DNA from: Candidatus Aceula meridiana
GTDB taxonomy: Bacteria; Omnitrophota; Gorgyraeia; Zapsychrales; Aceulaceae
Direction of reading: 5' to 3'
Length of the DNA stretch: 64,000 bases
Assembly (NCBI GenBank): GCA_030765185.1
Contig: JAVCDE010000003.1
Span: 64,038 to 128,037 of the forward strand
Shown in pieces: positions 48,501-60,673 of the stretch. Every line of letters begins with the position of its first letter. Position 1 is the stretch's first letter. Made by a program: the position numbers and the translations under genes. The notes beneath the pieces were generated by a model. The model searched no databases. It was not told the origin of the DNA and saw nothing but the letters and a program-made list of their open reading frames with translations.

Positions 48501-49702
48501 GAAATGGGTCAATTAGCATTAACGATGAGTTCGGCCGTGAATTTGAGCGTTATCCTTTGCTTCAGGGATCAACAATTAAAGTATCTGATGGAAGCGAAAT
48601 TAAAAAAGGTGTTATTTTTGTTAGTTGGGATCCTTACACAATTCCAATTATTACTGAAGTTCAAGGTGTTGTTAATTTTGAAGACATTAAAGAAGATGTT
48701 ACGATTCAAGAAGAGTTAAATCCTATTACCGGTGTTACCGAGCGCGTTGTTGTTGAACATAAGCAAGATTTCCATCCACAGATTATTGTTACTGATGAGA
48801 AAAAAGAAGTTTTAGGAATTTATTCAATTCCCGTAGGAGCACATATTCTTGTTAAAGATAATGAAAAAGTTGGAGCAGGTGAGCTTTTAGCAAAGATTCC
48901 ACGCGCATCCGGAAAAACACGTGATATCACTGGTGGTCTTCCTCGCGTTGCAGAACTTTTCGAAGCTCGCTTGCCAAAAGATCCTGCAATTATTAGTGAG
49001 ATTGATGGGTTCGTTGAATTTGGTGAGGACCGTAAAGGATTACGTACAATTGTTGTTCGAAGCGAAACGGGTATGAACAAGGAGTATGTTATTCCTCACG
49101 GTAAGCATCCGAATGTTTACAAAGGTGATCGTGTTTTTGCCGGTCAGCAACTTACGGAAGGCCCAGTTGTTCCTCACGATATTTTAAGGGTTTCCGGCGA
49201 CAAAGTTCTTCAAGAATATTTGCTTAATGAAATTCAGGAAGTTTATCGTTTGCAGGGTGTTCGCATTAGCGATAAGCACATTGAGCTTATTATTGGGCAA
49301 ATGCTCAAAAAGGTCAAAATTGAAGATTCGGGAGATACCGAATTTTTATTAGGTCAACAGATTGATAAGGTGATTTTTAAGAAAGCTAACGAGGCGGCTT
49401 TGAAGAAAAAAGGCAAGCCTGCTTCTGCAACACCGCTTCTTTTGGGAATTACCAAAGTGTCTTTATCCACAGAGAGTTTCATCTCAGCTGCAAGCTTTCA
49501 GGAAACAACAAGAGTCTTGACAGACGCAGCGACTTCTGGTAAGGTGGACTATTTACGCGGACTAAAAGAGAACGTTATCGTGGGTCATTTAATCCCTGCT
49601 GGGACAGGTTTTAAAGCCTACAAAAACATAGAGATGGTGAAATATGCCGACAATTCAACAATTAATCAGGAAAAGCAGGAAACTGAAGAGCAAGAAGGGT
49701 AA
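45596..49702 (+). CDS. rpoC: RNA polymerase beta' subunit
   Basis: N-terminal Zn finger, [29 protein letters not shown]. Confidence 0.99.
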   Translation: MNQQEKKYDSISIRLASPEVIRSWSLGEVKKAETLNYRTLKPEKDGLFCERIFGPVRDWECNCGKYKGIKFKGIVCDRCGVLVTRSSVRRERMAHIELACPVTHIWFYKAVPSRLASLLQVGLKDLEKIIYYEEYIVTDPGDTNLKYKQFLNEDKYQECLSKYGDSFKAKIGAEAVRELLKQVDLNKLCRDLRKDLAKANPTGTNAKKFAKILKIAQDFKKSGNLIEWMVLEILPVTPPDLRPLVPLEGGRFATSDLNDLYRRVINRNNRLRKLMNLSAPEIIIRNEKRMLQEAVDALLDNGRHGRPVLGSNNRPLKSLSDMLKGKQGRFRMNLLGKRVDYSGRSVIVVGPELKLHQCGLPKRMALELFEPFIIRKLRERGFVHTIKGAKRMVERAKNEVWDILDEVIQDHPIMLNRAPTLHRLSIQAFQPTLVEGKAIQLHPLVCAAFNADFDGDQMAVHVPLSLEAQMECRLEVLSINNIFSPADGRPVISPTQDIILGLYYLTKDAANDKGEGRLFARKEEAVIAYHDDLVGLHSRIKLRLNAEKVWGDEEPSFVISQQRDLGEIKEDNKKKSQIVETTVGRILLNELLPVNFGYVNETLNKKKVGAVISDCYKHFGQQQTVLLLDALKALGFQFATAAGISISIDDMTIPSEKKVLVKSSKQEVAKVEDQYRKGIITARERYNKIIDIWTHTTEAISDLVFKGMDPFNPVFIMADSGARGSRLQIRQLSGMRGLMAKPSGEIIENPIIASFREGLTVLEYFISTHGARKGLADTALKTADAGYLTRRLVDVAQEIVVTEEDCGTVNGITVSAIIEGDEVVASLKERIIGRVALDNIVDIVTDQLVIEAGQQIVEEKAEIIEQLGIEKVRIRSVLTCESERGTCIKCYGRNLATQRLVEIGEAVGCIAAQSIGEPGTQLTMRTFHIGGTASRSVEQSFIRSKNDGVVKYHGLRVVQKEKDFVVLNRNGSISINDEFGREFERYPLLQGSTIKVSDGSEIKKGVIFVSWDPYTIPIITEVQGVVNFEDIKEDVTIQEELNPITGVTERVVVEHKQDFHPQIIVTDEKKEVLGIYSIPVGAHILVKDNEKVGAGELLAKIPRASGKTRDITGGLPRVAELFEARLPKDPAIISEIDGFVEFGEDRKGLRTIVVRSETGMNKEYVIPHGKHPNVYKGDRVFAGQQLTEGPVVPHDILRVSGDKVLQEYLLNEIQEVYRLQGVRISDKHIELIIGQMLKKVKIEDSGDTEFLLGQQIDKVIFKKANEAALKKKGKPASATPLLLGITKVSLSTESFISAASFQETTRVLTDAATSGKVDYLRGLKENVIVGHLIPAGTGFKAYKNIEMVKYADNSTINQEKQETEEQEG

Positions 49703-50015
49703 ATCCCCTGCTCTGATGAACTGCCCGCAAAGAAGAGGCGTCTGTCTTCAGGTGAAGACGATGACTCCTAAAAAGCCGAATTCGGCTTTACGGAAAATCG
49801 CAAGAGTCCGTCTTTCGAACAAGATGGAAGTTACTTCGTATATACCCGGTGAAGGACATAACCTTCAAGAGCACTCTATTGTTTTGGTTCGAGGAGGCCG
49901 TGTTAAGGATTTACCTGGTGTGCGTTATCATATTGTCCGTGGAACATTAGACACCACAGGGGTTAAAGGGAGAAAGCAGTCTCGTTCAAAATACGGGGCT
50001 AAAAGAGAAAAATAA
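49644..50015 (+). CDS. rpsL: 30S ribosomal protein S12
   Basis: [27 protein letters not shown]. Confidence 0.99.
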   Translation: MPTIQQLIRKSRKLKSKKGKSPALMNCPQRRGVCLQVKTMTPKKPNSALRKIARVRLSNKMEVTSYIPGEGHNLQEHSIVLVRGGRVKDLPGVRYHIVRGTLDTTGVKGRKQSRSKYGAKREK

Positions 50016-50485
50016 TGAGAAGACATAGAGCAGAAAAAAGATCAGCCCAAATTGATCCAAAGTATAAAAGCCAACTAGTTGCTGGCTTTATTGGAATGAT
50101 GATGCTCGAAGGTAAAAAGACTTTAGCAGAACGCATTGTTTACAGGGCTTTAGATATTTTAAAGAAAAAAACAAACGAAGAAGATGTTTTAAAGGCATTT
50201 GGAAAATCAGTTGAGAATGTCCGTCCAAAACTTCAAGTAAAGTCAAGGCGTGTTGGCGGGTCAACCTACCAAATTCCGATGGAGGTATCGCCTTTAAAAG
50301 GCAATTCTATCGCACTTCGTTGGATGAGAGATCTTGCGAGAAAGAAAAAGGGCAAGCCCATGGAAATTAAATTAGCTGAGGAACTTTTTGCAGCGTTTAA
50401 AGGGGAAGGCCCGGCGGTAAAAAAACGAGACGAAACTCATAAAATGGCTGAGGCAAATAAAGCATTTGCTCATTTGAAATGGTAA
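50015..50485 (+). CDS. rpsG: 30S ribosomal protein S7
   Basis: GKKTLAERI, SRRVGGSTYQIP, HKMAEANKAF. Confidence 0.98.
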   Translation: MRRHRAEKRSAQIDPKYKSQLVAGFIGMMMLEGKKTLAERIVYRALDILKKKTNEEDVLKAFGKSVENVRPKLQVKSRRVGGSTYQIPMEVSPLKGNSIALRWMRDLARKKKGKPMEIKLAEELFAAFKGEGPAVKKRDETHKMAEANKAFAHLKW

Positions 50486-50488
50486 ATC

Positions 50489-52573
50489 ATGGCTGACAAA
50501 ATTCCGCTTAAAAACGTTCGTAATATAGGTATCATCGCTCACATCGATGCAGGGAAGACTACAACTACAGAACGAATCCTCTATTATGCAGGGGTTATCC
50601 ATAAAATGGGAACAGTAGACGAAGGAACGGCTGTCATGGACTGGATGGAACAAGAGCAGGAAAGAGGGATTACGATCACCTCAGCAAACACAACCTGCTT
50701 TTGGAAAGATTGTAAAATTAATATTATTGATACGCCTGGACACGTAGATTTTACGGTTGAAGTCGAGCGCTCTTTGAAAGTTTTGGATGGTGCTATCGTT
50801 GTTTTTTGCGCAACAAGTGGTGTGCAGCCTCAAAGTGAAACTGTTTGGCGTCAGGCTGATCGTTATCAAGTTCCGCGCATTGCCTTTATTAATAAGATGG
50901 ACCGTTTAGGTGCAAGTTTTGAAAACGTTTTAGGTCAACTGTATGACCGTCTCGGAGCTCATGCGGCGGCTGTTCAGTTTCCTGTTGGCGCAGAAGATGA
51001 TTTTTCAGGTATCGTTGATATTATCACTGAGAAACTAGTTACTTATGAAGACAAGGAAGGCGCAAAACCTAAACATCAAGATGTCCCTGAGGAATTGAAG
51101 GCACAGCTTGCAGAATATAAGCACAAATTACTTGAAAAAGTAGCTGAAGTCGATGATCAACTAATGGAGAAGTATTTAGAGGATCACGCTGTTAGTCCCC
51201 AGGAGCTCAAAGATGCTATTCGACGCGCAGTTATTAACAATGCTTTTATTCCTGTTTTATGCGGAACAGCGCTTCGCAACAAAGGCGTTCAAATGGTTTT
51301 GGATGCGGCTTGCGATTATCTTCCGTCACCTCTAGATGTTCCTCCTATTGTCGGGAAGGAGCCTAAAACTGGCAAAGAGATTTCGTATCAGGCTAAAGAA
51401 AGCGAAAAATTAGCTGCTCTTGCGTTTAAGATTGCGATGGACCCTTATGTTGGCAAATTATTCTTTACTAGAATTTATTCAGGCACGATTGTTTCTGGAA
51501 CTCAAATATACAATTCGACCCGCGAAGTTAAAGAGAAGATATCAAAGATTGTTGTTATGCATTCGAATAAGCAAGAGATTGTGACTGAGGCAGGCCCAGG
51601 AGAAATCGTTGCTCTTGTAGGTCTTAAAGAAACTAAGTCTGGAGATAGTCTTTGCGATCAGTCTGGGCCGATTTTAATAGAGAATATGCGTATTCCTGAG
51701 CCAGTTATTTCTATGGCGGTTGAGCCGATGACAAAAGCAGATCAAGACAAGATGGGTTTGACGCTACGTAAATTTCTTGATGAAGATCCGTCTTTCCGAG
51801 CGCGTTTTGATGAAGAGACAGGCGAGACAGTTATTTCCGGAATGGGTGAGCTTCACCTTGAGATTATTGTTGACCGGATGAGACGAGAGTTTGGACTTGA
51901 AACAAAGGTCGGAAGACCACAGGTTGCCTATAAAGAAACAATTACGCAAAAAGCTAGCGGGATTACAGGAAAGCATATTTCGCAGTCTGGTGGACGAGGA
52001 CAATACGGACACGTTATTATTGATATTGAGCCGCAAGAGGAAAAAGGCAAAGGAATTACCTTTATTGATAAGATTAAGGGCGGAGCGATTCCTAGAGAAT
52101 ATATTAAATCTGTCGAAAAGGGAATTAATAGTGCTGCGGCGAATGGTATTTTAGGAGGCTATCCGGTTGACGATGTGATTGTCACATTAGTTGATGGCTC
52201 TTATCATGAAGTTGATTCGAGTGAGTTGGCTTTTCATTTAGCTGCAAAGAATGCTTTTCAAGAAGGAATGAGAAAAGGACGTTCAGTTTTTCTAGAACCG
52301 GTGATGGACATTGAAGTTGTCGTTCCTGAAGATTTTATGGGTTCCGTAATTGGGGATTTAAATACACGACGAGCCAAGATTGTGGAGATGGGCAATCGCG
52401 GAATTTTAAAGACAGCTCGCTGTGAAGTTCCGCTAGCCGAAATGTTTAATTATGCTGGTGCGATTCGTTCACTATCTCAAGGACGTGCTACATTTTCTAT
52501 GGAACCTGCGTATTACGCCGAAGTTCCGTCGCATGTAGCCGAGAAAATACAAGGAAAAAATTCAGCAAAGTAA
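50489..52573 (+). CDS. fusA: elongation factor G
   Basis: [39 protein letters not shown]. Confidence 0.98.
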   Translation: MADKIPLKNVRNIGIIAHIDAGKTTTTERILYYAGVIHKMGTVDEGTAVMDWMEQEQERGITITSANTTCFWKDCKINIIDTPGHVDFTVEVERSLKVLDGAIVVFCATSGVQPQSETVWRQADRYQVPRIAFINKMDRLGASFENVLGQLYDRLGAHAAAVQFPVGAEDDFSGIVDIITEKLVTYEDKEGAKPKHQDVPEELKAQLAEYKHKLLEKVAEVDDQLMEKYLEDHAVSPQELKDAIRRAVINNAFIPVLCGTALRNKGVQMVLDAACDYLPSPLDVPPIVGKEPKTGKEISYQAKESEKLAALAFKIAMDPYVGKLFFTRIYSGTIVSGTQIYNSTREVKEKISKIVVMHSNKQEIVTEAGPGEIVALVGLKETKSGDSLCDQSGPILIENMRIPEPVISMAVEPMTKADQDKMGLTLRKFLDEDPSFRARFDEETGETVISGMGELHLEIIVDRMRREFGLETKVGRPQVAYKETITQKASGITGKHISQSGGRGQYGHVIIDIEPQEEKGKGITFIDKIKGGAIPREYIKSVEKGINSAAANGILGGYPVDDVIVTLVDGSYHEVDSSELAFHLAAKNAFQEGMRKGRSVFLEPVMDIEVVVPEDFMGSVIGDLNTRRAKIVEMGNRGILKTARCEVPLAEMFNYAGAIRSLSQGRATFSMEPAYYAEVPSHVAEKIQGKNSAK

Positions 52574-52613
52574 TAATTAAGATTTAATAAGAATTAAAGG
52601 GAGGAAAAAGAGT

Positions 52614-53807
52614 ATGGCAAAGGAAAAATTCGTAAGAAATAAACCTCACTTAAACATCGGGACCATCGGTCACGTTGACCATGGTAAAACAACATTAACG
52701 GCTGCGATTACAACACATCTCGCAAAGGTTGGAAATGCAGTAGTACGTTCATATGATTCGATTGACAACGCTCCTGAAGAAAAAGAGCGCGGCGTTACAA
52801 TTAATATCGCCCACATCGAGTATGAAACAGAGAAAAGACATTATGCGCATATCGATTGCCCAGGTCATGCTGACTACATCAAGAACATGATTACTGGTGC
52901 TGCTCAGATGGATGGTGCAATTTTAGTTGTATCTGCTGCTGATGGTGCTATGCCTCAAACAAGAGAGCATATCCTTTTAGCTCGTCAGGTTAATGTTCCT
53001 CGTATTATTGTTTTTCTTAACAAATGTGACCAAGTTGAAGATAAAGAACTTCTAGAGCTTGTTGAGCTTGAGCTTCGTGAACTTCTTTCAAAATATAAAT
53101 TCGATGGAGATAACATTCCAATCATTAAGGGAAGTGCTTTAGAAGCGCTAAACAGCCCTGATGATGCCGAGAAAACAAAGTGCATCGATGAGCTAATGGA
53201 AGCTGCTGATAGTTATATTCCTGCGCCTGAAAGAGATCTTGATAAGCCATTCTCAATGGCCGTTGAAGACGTTTTCTCTATTTCTGGTCGCGGAACAGTT
53301 GCTACTGGACGGATTGAAAGAGGAATTGTTAAAGTCGGTGAAGAAATTGATATTGTCGGTCTTCAACCACAAACTACAAAAACAGTTGTAACTGGTGTTG
53401 AGATGTTCCGCAAAGAATTAGATCAAGGACAAGCAGGGGACAACGTTGGACTTCTTTTACGTGGTGTTGCTAAAGAGGCTATCGAGCGCGGAATGGTTTT
53501 AGCTAAGCCAGGGTCGATTATGCCACACACCAAGTTTAAAGCACAAGTTTACGTTTTAAACAAAGAAGAAGGCGGACGACACACACCTTTCTTTAAAGGA
53601 TACCGTCCTCAGTTTTATTTTAGAACAACAGACGTTACCGGTACTGCTGAACTTCCTGCAGGTGTGGAAATGGCAATGCCAGGTGATAATGTTGAATTAG
53701 AAATTGAATTGATTACACCTGTTGCCATGGAAAAAGAGCTACGTTTTGCTATCCGCGAGGGTGGACGAACTGTTGGCGCTGGTGTTATTTCAGAAATTAT
53801 TAAATAA
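52614..53807 (+). CDS. tuf: elongation factor Tu
   Basis: [31 protein letters not shown]. Confidence 0.99.
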   Translation: MAKEKFVRNKPHLNIGTIGHVDHGKTTLTAAITTHLAKVGNAVVRSYDSIDNAPEEKERGVTINIAHIEYETEKRHYAHIDCPGHADYIKNMITGAAQMDGAILVVSAADGAMPQTREHILLARQVNVPRIIVFLNKCDQVEDKELLELVELELRELLSKYKFDGDNIPIIKGSALEALNSPDDAEKTKCIDELMEAADSYIPAPERDLDKPFSMAVEDVFSISGRGTVATGRIERGIVKVGEEIDIVGLQPQTTKTVVTGVEMFRKELDQGQAGDNVGLLLRGVAKEAIERGMVLAKPGSIMPHTKFKAQVYVLNKEEGGRHTPFFKGYRPQFYFRTTDVTGTAELPAGVEMAMPGDNVELEIELITPVAMEKELRFAIREGGRTVGAGVISEIIK

Positions 53808-53824
53808 AAGAGTTTAACAAAATA

Positions 53825-54127
53825 ATGCAAAAAATACGTATTAAACTTAAAGCTTACGATCACCGATTGATTGATCAATCGACTGAGGAGATTGTCGAGA
53901 CAGCGAAAAGGACCGGAGCGCGAATTTCCGGCCCTATTCCTCTTCCGACGAAGAAGGAGCTTTATACAGTGTTGTGTTCTCCTGTGGTTGATAAAAAATC
54001 ACGTGAGCAATTTAGACTGGCAACACATAAGCGCCTAATCGATCTTCTCGACCCAACTGCAAAAACCGTAGAGGCTTTACGAAAATTAAACCTCCCGGCT
54101 GGGGTCGACGTAGAGATTAAGCAATAG
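53825..54127 (+). CDS. rpsJ: 30S ribosomal protein S10
   Basis: [29 protein letters not shown]. Confidence 0.98.
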   Translation: MQKIRIKLKAYDHRLIDQSTEEIVETAKRTGARISGPIPLPTKKELYTVLCSPVVDKKSREQFRLATHKRLIDLLDPTAKTVEALRKLNLPAGVDVEIKQ

Positions 54128-54137
54128 GAGATTACTG

Positions 54138-54845
54138 ATGGTCGCAGGTTTATTAGGAAAAAAAGTTGGCATGACGCAGATTTTCGATAAAGACGGGAAC
54201 GTTATTCCGGTTACTGTTGTTGAGGCTGGTCCATGCTATATCCTGGAACTTAAAGATTCTCCCGTTAAGGTGAAGCTTGGGTTTGATGAAATTAAAGAAT
54301 CACGTCTAAACAAAGCAGAATTAGGTTTCTTTAAAAAAAATAAACTTAAGCCTGTTAAAGTTATTAAAGAATTTAAAGCCGCTGATACAAGCGATTGCAA
54401 GGTTGGACAAGAAGTGAAAGCCGACTTATTTAAGCCAGGCGATTTTGTGGATGTTACTGGTATTTCAATTGGAAAAGGTTTTCAGGGCGGCATGAAGCGA
54501 TGGGGATGGTCTGGTGGTCCAGCAGGGCATGGGTCTAATCATCATAGACGCGTTGGTTCTATCGGCCCAAGTGCGGATCCTTCAAGAACATTTCGCGGAC
54601 GCCCAATGCCGGGACAGATGGGAAACATACAAGTAACAACTCAAGGCTTACGCGTTATGGACATAGATTTTGAAAATAATTTATTAATGATTAAGGGCTC
54701 TATTCCTGGCCACAAAAGAAGCTATATCACAATCAATAAATCGCAAAAACGAGAATTTAAATCCTTGGATCAAGTGAAAGCAGTACATGCTGTTAAGCGT
54801 AATCCGATGAAACAGAGCAAATCAAAAGCAAAAGGTAAGAAATAA
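54138..54845 (+). CDS. rplC: 50S ribosomal protein L3
   Basis: [25 protein letters not shown]; basic C-terminal extension. Confidence 0.98.
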   Translation: MVAGLLGKKVGMTQIFDKDGNVIPVTVVEAGPCYILELKDSPVKVKLGFDEIKESRLNKAELGFFKKNKLKPVKVIKEFKAADTSDCKVGQEVKADLFKPGDFVDVTGISIGKGFQGGMKRWGWSGGPAGHGSNHHRRVGSIGPSADPSRTFRGRPMPGQMGNIQVTTQGLRVMDIDFENNLLMIKGSIPGHKRSYITINKSQKREFKSLDQVKAVHAVKRNPMKQSKSKAKGKK

Positions 54846-54847
54846 AA

Positions 54848-55474
54848 ATGCCAGTTTGTGCTATTCACGACATTAAAGGAAAAAAGGTTGAAGAGTTCGA
54901 CCTTCCTGAGTCAATTTTTGGGGGACGTATTAACGAGGGTGTTTTACACCAAGCTGTTTTGATGTACCAAGCCAATCAGCGTCAGGGAACAGCGTCAACT
55001 AAAGAGCGCGCCGATGTTTCCGGTGGAGGGAAAAAACCTCATCGCCAAAAAGGAACAGGGCGAGCCCGCGCAGGATCAAGTCGATCCCCTCTATGGAAGG
55101 GCGGAGGGGTTACTTTCGGCCCACACCCAAGAGATTTTAGTTATAGCTTGCCTAAAAAAATAAAAATTTCAGCTCTTAAAGCAAGTTTAAATGCCTGTTA
55201 CCTCAGCAACGATATTTTTTGTATCGATGCGTTGATGGTTGATTCTGCAAAAACAAGAGATTTTGCCAAGCTTCTGAAAACATTAAAGCTTCAGGGAACA
55301 ATTTTAGCCGTGATTGATAAAACTGACACATCAACACAGAGAGCATCTCATAACATTCCGGTGCTAAACATGGTGCGTGCCAGTGATGTCACAGCCTACG
55401 ATATTTTAAAGAATAAAAAACTTTTGATTACTAAAGATGCGTTTAAAAGCTTGCTTAAACGTCTAAAAACATAA
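54848..55474 (+). CDS. rplD: 50S ribosomal protein L4
   Basis: [27 protein letters not shown]. Confidence 0.98.
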   Translation: MPVCAIHDIKGKKVEEFDLPESIFGGRINEGVLHQAVLMYQANQRQGTASTKERADVSGGGKKPHRQKGTGRARAGSSRSPLWKGGGVTFGPHPRDFSYSLPKKIKISALKASLNACYLSNDIFCIDALMVDSAKTRDFAKLLKTLKLQGTILAVIDKTDTSTQRASHNIPVLNMVRASDVTAYDILKNKKLLITKDAFKSLLKRLKT

Positions 55475-55486
55475 TATAGAAAAAAT

Positions 55487-55765
55487 ATGGCCACTAGCTA
55501 CGATATTGTTAGAACACTTATTCGCACAGAAAAAGGGACATTCTTAGAAGCAGAAAGAAAATATCTTTTTGAAGTCGCGAAGACTGCGACAAAAGTTGAT
55601 ATCCTAAGAGCCATTGAAGATATTTATAAAGTTAAGGTTCAAAGCGTAAACACACTTGTTGTTCCTGGCAAAAAAAAGAGAGTCCGTCAAGCTTTAGGTC
55701 ATACACCTGACTGGAAAAAGGCTGTAGTTACTCTTAAAGAAGGCCAGAAAATTGAGGTTACTTAA
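55487..55765 (+). CDS. rplW: 50S ribosomal protein L23
   Basis: [19 protein letters not shown]. Confidence 0.97.
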   Translation: MATSYDIVRTLIRTEKGTFLEAERKYLFEVAKTATKVDILRAIEDIYKVKVQSVNTLVVPGKKKRVRQALGHTPDWKKAVVTLKEGQKIEVT

Positions 55766-56610
55766 TGGGAATTAAAAAATTTCGCCCTACAACAAATGCT
55801 TTAAGACACACGACGATTTCTGATTTTGCAGAAATTACAAAGTCGAAGCCGGAGAAGGCTCTTTTGCGCCCATTGAAAAAGAGTGGAGGACGCAATAATA
55901 AAGGCCGTATCACGGCTCGATATCGTTCTGGTGGGCATAAAAGAATGTATCGTGTTATTGATTTTAAGCGTAGTCGTATTGATGAAATAGGCAAGGTTAT
56001 TGCTATTGAATATGATCCAAATCGTTCAGCTCGTCTTGCTTTGATTCAGTATCCTGATAATACGCGTGCGTATATTTTAGCTCCGCTCGAATTAAAAGTA
56101 GGAAATGAGATCGTTAGCACTATTGAAAAAAATATTGAAAATTTACCAGGCAATTGCATGCCTATCGAAAAGATTCCTTTAGGAGCTGCTGTGCATAATG
56201 TTGAGCTTTCTCCTGGTAAAGGTGGAAAGATTGTTCGCGCTGCAGGAACTTCGGCTCAGGTTATGGCTAAAGAAGGAGATGTTGCTCATCTTCGCCTTCC
56301 ATCAAGTGAGGTGCGGAAGGTAAGAATTCAGTGTCGGGCTACTGTTGGTCAGCTTGGCAATGTTGAGCATGATTCCCTCTCAATTGGAAAAGCTGGAAGG
56401 AATCGTTGGAAGGGGCGAAAGGGCAATGTTCGAGGAGTTGCGATGAACCCTGTTGATCACCCTCATGGTGGTGGTGAGGGAAAAGCTCCACAGGGAAATC
56501 CGCATCCAGTCACGCCTTGGGGCAAGCCAACTAAAGGATTTAAGACAAGACAAAAGCGTAAATACTCAGATTCAATGATTGTTAGAAGAAGGAAAAAAGG
56601 AAAGCGATAA
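55765..56610 (+). CDS. rplB: 50S ribosomal protein L2
   Basis: [35 protein letters not shown]. Confidence 0.99.
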   Translation: MGIKKFRPTTNALRHTTISDFAEITKSKPEKALLRPLKKSGGRNNKGRITARYRSGGHKRMYRVIDFKRSRIDEIGKVIAIEYDPNRSARLALIQYPDNTRAYILAPLELKVGNEIVSTIEKNIENLPGNCMPIEKIPLGAAVHNVELSPGKGGKIVRAAGTSAQVMAKEGDVAHLRLPSSEVRKVRIQCRATVGQLGNVEHDSLSIGKAGRNRWKGRKGNVRGVAMNPVDHPHGGGEGKAPQGNPHPVTPWGKPTKGFKTRQKRKYSDSMIVRRRKKGKR

Positions 56611-56897
56611 TGCCGCGTTCAATTAAAAAAGGACCTTATGTTGCTGAGCATCTTCTAAAAAAGCTAGAAAAGATGCAGAAAACCGGACAGCGACAACCAA
56701 TTAAAACTTGGTCACGAGAGTCAACAGTTACTCCGGAATTTGTTGGTTTTACAGTGGCGGTGCATGATGGTAGAAAACATGTCCCTGTATTTGTTACAGA
56801 AAATATGGTCGGTTATAAATTTGGTTTCTTTGCACCAACGCGGACTTTTAAAAGACACGGTGGAGTTAAAGCAAAGAAATCTGCAGCTAAAACATAA
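56610..56897 (+). CDS. rpsS: 30S ribosomal protein S19
   Basis: RSIKKGP, IKTWSR, VHDGR, MVG.K.G.F.PTR. Confidence 0.98.
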   Translation: MPRSIKKGPYVAEHLLKKLEKMQKTGQRQPIKTWSRESTVTPEFVGFTVAVHDGRKHVPVFVTENMVGYKFGFFAPTRTFKRHGGVKAKKSAAKT

Positions 56898-56907
56898 TGG
56901 ATAAGAA

Positions 56908-57243
56908 ATGATTGCACAAGCCAAAGGAAGATTTATTCGTGTTTCACCAACCAAGGTACGTCAGGTTATTAACCTCATTCGAGGAAAGGACGTAAAGACA
57001 TCTTTGGTTATCCTTGAGCACGTTCAAAAAGGTTCTAAGGATAGAATAAAGAAAGTTTTAAATTCTGCCATTAGCAATGCGAAGCAAAAAGGATTAAGTG
57101 AAGAACAGCTTTTTGTTTCAAAAATTACCGCAGATTTAGGATCATCCTGGAGACGGTATCGCGCGGCTGCTTTTGGACGGGCAACACCGATTGATAAGAA
57201 AACAACTCATTTAACTGTTGAACTAGATTTAAAAATGAAATAA
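56908..57243 (+). CDS. rplV: 50S ribosomal protein L22
   Basis: SPTKVR, IRGK, SAISNA, AFGRA; operon position. Confidence 0.96.
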   Translation: MIAQAKGRFIRVSPTKVRQVINLIRGKDVKTSLVILEHVQKGSKDRIKKVLNSAISNAKQKGLSEEQLFVSKITADLGSSWRRYRAAAFGRATPIDKKTTHLTVELDLKMK

Positions 57244-57255
57244 GAGAGGTCATCT

Positions 57256-57924
57256 GTGGGACAGAAAGTAAGCCCTATAATTTTACGAATTGGATACATC
57301 AAAGACTGGCGAAGCCGTTGGTTTGCTGATAAAAAAGAATTTGCTTTTAATGTAGTTGAAGATTCAAGAATTCGAACACATATCAAAAAGAAATTTGCAC
57401 ATGCAGCTGTTGCTCAGGTTGACATTGAACGTGTTGCTGCACAAGTTCGTATCCGAATTCGTTCAGCAAGACCCGGCGTTATCATTGGACGACGCGGTGC
57501 TGATATTGATCGGCTTAAAGAAGATTTAGCAAAGATTACACCTAAAGAGGTTGCGATTGATATTCAAGAAGTGAAGAATCCCGCTATTGATGCCAACTTG
57601 ATTGCTCAGAGTGTAGCTCTCCAGTTACAAAAACGTATTGCGTTTAGACGTGCTATGAAGCGTGCTATTGAACAGGCAATGGGCTCGGGAGCTCAGGGAA
57701 TTAAGATTACTTGCGCAGGACGCTTAGGTGGCAAAGAAATGGCTCGAAGAGAAACTCATAAACAGGGAAAACTTCCTTTGCAGACATTTCGCGCAGATAT
57801 TGATTATGGGTTTGCTGAAGCACAAACAACTTATGGAACAATTGGCGTTAAGGCATGGATTTATCATGGTGACGCTATTCTAGATAAAAAACAAGAAGAC
57901 CTGCAAGAAAAACCAAAGTTATAA
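57256..57924 (+). CDS. rpsC: 30S ribosomal protein S3
   Basis: MGQKV (GTG start), RPGVIIG, GRLGG, PLQTFRADIDY. Confidence 0.98.
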   Translation: MGQKVSPIILRIGYIKDWRSRWFADKKEFAFNVVEDSRIRTHIKKKFAHAAVAQVDIERVAAQVRIRIRSARPGVIIGRRGADIDRLKEDLAKITPKEVAIDIQEVKNPAIDANLIAQSVALQLQKRIAFRRAMKRAIEQAMGSGAQGIKITCAGRLGGKEMARRETHKQGKLPLQTFRADIDYGFAEAQTTYGTIGVKAWIYHGDAILDKKQEDLQEKPKL

Positions 57925-57941
57925 ATAGAAATTAGAGTATT

Positions 57942-58364
57942 ATGCTTTTAATGCCAAGAAAAGTTAAGTATCGTAAAGCCCAAAAGGGAAAATGTCGAGG
58001 GATTGCCACTCGTGGAAGCACCTTGAGTTACGGAGAGTATGGACTCAAAACCCTTGAGAATGGATTTTTACGCTCTAACCATATCGAAACAGCTCGCGTT
58101 ACAGTTGCTCGTAAAATGAAGGGTGCAGGAAAATTTTGGATCAATGTTTTTCCATCAAAGCCGATTACAAAGAAACCCGCAGAAACACGCATGGGAAAAG
58201 GTAAAGGTGATTTAGACCATTGGGTTTGTCCTGTCAAGAGAGGAAAAATTCTCTTTGAGATGAGTGGTGTCCCTGAAGAATTTGCTCGAACAATTTTTCG
58301 TCTGGTTGCTTTTAAAATGCCCGTTAGAACAAAATTTGTTTCTCGCGTAGGTGAGAGTCATTAA
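57942..58364 (+). CDS. rplP: 50S ribosomal protein L16
   Basis: MLLMPRKVKYRK, KPAETRMGKGKG, LFE. Confidence 0.98.
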   Translation: MLLMPRKVKYRKAQKGKCRGIATRGSTLSYGEYGLKTLENGFLRSNHIETARVTVARKMKGAGKFWINVFPSKPITKKPAETRMGKGKGDLDHWVCPVKRGKILFEMSGVPEEFARTIFRLVAFKMPVRTKFVSRVGESH

Positions 58365-58374
58365 GGATTAAGAA

Positions 58375-58566
58375 ATGAAGGCCAAAGATTTAAAAGTTTT
58401 AGACATTGAAGAATTAATGCAAAAGGAAAAAGCTATTAAAAAAGAGCTTTATGCCTTAAATTATCAGCGAAAATTCGGTAAGGTTGAGAAGCCAGCCCGA
58501 TTTAGTCAACTTAAAAAAGATGTTGCACGCATTAAGACTGTTTTAAAGGAAAGAGAAAGTAAATGA
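58375..58566 (+). CDS. rpmC: 50S ribosomal protein L29
   Basis: [16 protein letters not shown]. Confidence 0.95.
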   Translation: MKAKDLKVLDIEELMQKEKAIKKELYALNYQRKFGKVEKPARFSQLKKDVARIKTVLKERESK

Positions 58567-58832
58567 CCGAACGCATCAATAGAAGAAAAATTTTTACCGG
58601 AACGGTTGTCAGTGACAAGATGGACAAAACATGCGTTGTCCAAGTTAGGTGGGGTGCAAAGCATTCTAAATATCAAAAACCGGTAAAGCATGCTGCAAAA
58701 TATAAAGCCCACGATGAGAAAAATGAAGCCAAGACCGGAGACATCGTTAAGATTATGGAGACAAGGCCTATTTCTAAAGATAAACGATGGGTTATTAGCG
58801 AAATTGTTAAGCAAGGTGGCGAACAACAATGA
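58563..58832 (+). CDS. rpsQ: 30S ribosomal protein S17
   Basis: [28 protein letters not shown]. Confidence 0.97.
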   Translation: MTERINRRKIFTGTVVSDKMDKTCVVQVRWGAKHSKYQKPVKHAAKYKAHDEKNEAKTGDIVKIMETRPISKDKRWVISEIVKQGGEQQ

Positions 58833-59197
58833 TTTATATGAGAACAATTTTAACGGTTGCGGATAACACAGGAGCTCGTAAGGCATCTTTCATTGGTGTT
58901 TTAAACGCTAGAGGACGCCGAAGTGCTCAGGTTGGCGAAATGATTCGTGTTAATATTAAAGAATCTGCTCCTCGCGCTGCTGTTAAGAAGGGCGAGGTTG
59001 TTAAAGCTGTTATTGTTCGTCAGAAATTTCCAGTCCGTCGTACCGATGGCACATATGTCAAATTTGACAGCAATGCCGTTGTGATTGTTGACGATGCAGG
59101 AAATCCTAGAGGTACACGTGTTTTTGGTCCTGTCGCGCGTGAGTTGCGTAATATGGAATATATGAAAATTGTTTCTCTAGCACCAGAGGTTGTCTAA
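58829..59197 (+). CDS. rplN: 50S ribosomal protein L14
   Basis: [32 protein letters not shown]. Confidence 0.98.
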   Translation: MIYMRTILTVADNTGARKASFIGVLNARGRRSAQVGEMIRVNIKESAPRAAVKKGEVVKAVIVRQKFPVRRTDGTYVKFDSNAVVIVDDAGNPRGTRVFGPVARELRNMEYMKIVSLAPEVV

Positions 59198-59198
59198 G

Positions 59199-59510
59199 AT
59201 GTTAAGAATTAAAAAAAACGATAACGTTCAGGTTATCACAGGAAAAGATCGAGGGAAAAAGGGTAAAGTCTTACGTGTTTTTCCGAAAGTGGGAAAAGCA
59301 ATCGTTGAGAACATTAACCTTATTAAAAAAACTATGCGCAAAACTCAGGAAAATCAGCAAGGTGGCATTGTTGAAAGGGAGACCCCTATTCGGTTATCCA
59401 ATTTAATGTTAGTTTGCAAACAGTGCAGCAAGCCAAGCCGAACAAAAGCCAATGTCCTTAAGGATGGGGCAAAAATTCGTGAATGTAAGAAATGTGGAGC
59501 TGCTAATTAA
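59199..59510 (+). CDS. rplX: 50S ribosomal protein L24
   Basis: KOW motif VQVITGKDRGKKG, GGIVERETPI; ATG 59199 preferred. Confidence 0.96.
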   Translation: MLRIKKNDNVQVITGKDRGKKGKVLRVFPKVGKAIVENINLIKKTMRKTQENQQGGIVERETPIRLSNLMLVCKQCSKPSRTKANVLKDGAKIRECKKCGAAN

Positions 59511-59512
59511 TA

Positions 59513-60058
59513 ATGAAACCAAGATTACTTGATAAATATAAAAATGAAGTTGTCCCAAAAGTGCAAGAAAAGTTTGGGGTAAAAAACAGCATGGCCATTC
59601 CGCGCTTAACTAAGATCGTGATTAACATGGGCATTGGTGAGGCTATCAGCGATATCCACCTTTTAGAAAACGCCATGAAAGAATTGGGTCTAATTGTTGG
59701 GCAAAAGCCAATTATACGAAGGGCGCGAAAGGCGATTTCAAATTTTAAGCTTCGGGAAGATCTTCCTGTTGGCTGTAAGGTAACTCTTAGAAGCAATAAG
59801 ATGTATGAGTTTATGGATAGGCTTGTTAGCATCGCTTTGCCACGGATTCGTGACTTTAATGGTGTTTCTAAAAAGTCTTTTGATCAGGGCGGAAACTATA
59901 CTCTAGGTATTTCTGATCAGACAATTTTTCCGGAAATTCCTTTAGATCAAATTACACGGTCGCAAGGTATGGATATTACTTTTGTTTTTAATCATGGCCC
60001 TAAAGAGCAGACATCTGAAATTTTGAGTCTTTTGGGCATGCCGTTTCGTAAAAAATAA
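59513..60058 (+). CDS. rplE: 50S ribosomal protein L5
   Basis: KIVINMG, GQKP, FKLRE, LPRIRDF, GMDIT. Confidence 0.98.
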   Translation: MKPRLLDKYKNEVVPKVQEKFGVKNSMAIPRLTKIVINMGIGEAISDIHLLENAMKELGLIVGQKPIIRRARKAISNFKLREDLPVGCKVTLRSNKMYEFMDRLVSIALPRIRDFNGVSKKSFDQGGNYTLGISDQTIFPEIPLDQITRSQGMDITFVFNHGPKEQTSEILSLLGMPFRKK

Positions 60059-60067
60059 GGAAAAAAT

Positions 60068-60253
60068 ATGGCAAAAAAAGCATTAAGACTAAAAGAAGCA
60101 AGGAAACCAAAGTTTCCAACACGGCAGCATAATCGATGTGCATTGTGCGGACGTCCTAAGGGATATTTACGTCGTTTTGGAATTTGTCGTATTTGTTTCC
60201 GCGAACTAGCTTGGAAAGGCGAAATTCCTGGAGTCAAAAAAGCAAGCTGGTAA
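60068..60253 (+). CDS. rpsZ: 30S ribosomal protein S14 type Z (zinc-binding)
   Basis: 61 aa, CALC...[13 protein letters not shown]. Confidence 0.97.
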   Translation: MAKKALRLKEARKPKFPTRQHNRCALCGRPKGYLRRFGICRICFRELAWKGEIPGVKKASW

Positions 60254-60267
60254 AAAAGGAAGAATTT

Positions 60268-60666
60268 ATGTCACTTACAGATCCTATTAGTAATATGTTA
60301 GCGAGCGTTAAGAACGCTACACGAGTCAAAAAAGAGACCGTAGATGTTCCATGTTCAAAAATGGCACAAGAGGTTCTTAACATTTTTAAGGAAGATGGAT
60401 ACATCGAAGATTTTCGTGTTTTAAAGGATAGCGTTCAAGGAAGCATTAAAATTTATTTGAAATACGAAAGAAATAAAGAATCCGCTATTATTGATTTAAA
60501 AAGAATTTCTAAACCAGGTTTAAGAGTTTATGCAACCAGCAGCAGAATACCACGCGTTCTTAATGGGTTAGGAACAGCTGTGCTTTCCACATCGAAAGGG
60601 ATTGTCGATGGCCGAAGGGCACGTGAGCTAAAAGTCGGTGGCGAAGTTATTTGCTATATTTGGTAG
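60268..60666 (+). CDS. rpsH: 30S ribosomal protein S8
   Basis: MSLTDPI (ATG 60268), RISKPGLRVY, STSKG, GGEVIC. Confidence 0.97.
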   Translation: MSLTDPISNMLASVKNATRVKKETVDVPCSKMAQEVLNIFKEDGYIEDFRVLKDSVQGSIKIYLKYERNKESAIIDLKRISKPGLRVYATSSRIPRVLNGLGTAVLSTSKGIVDGRRARELKVGGEVICYIW

Positions 60667-60673
60667 GTTAAAA

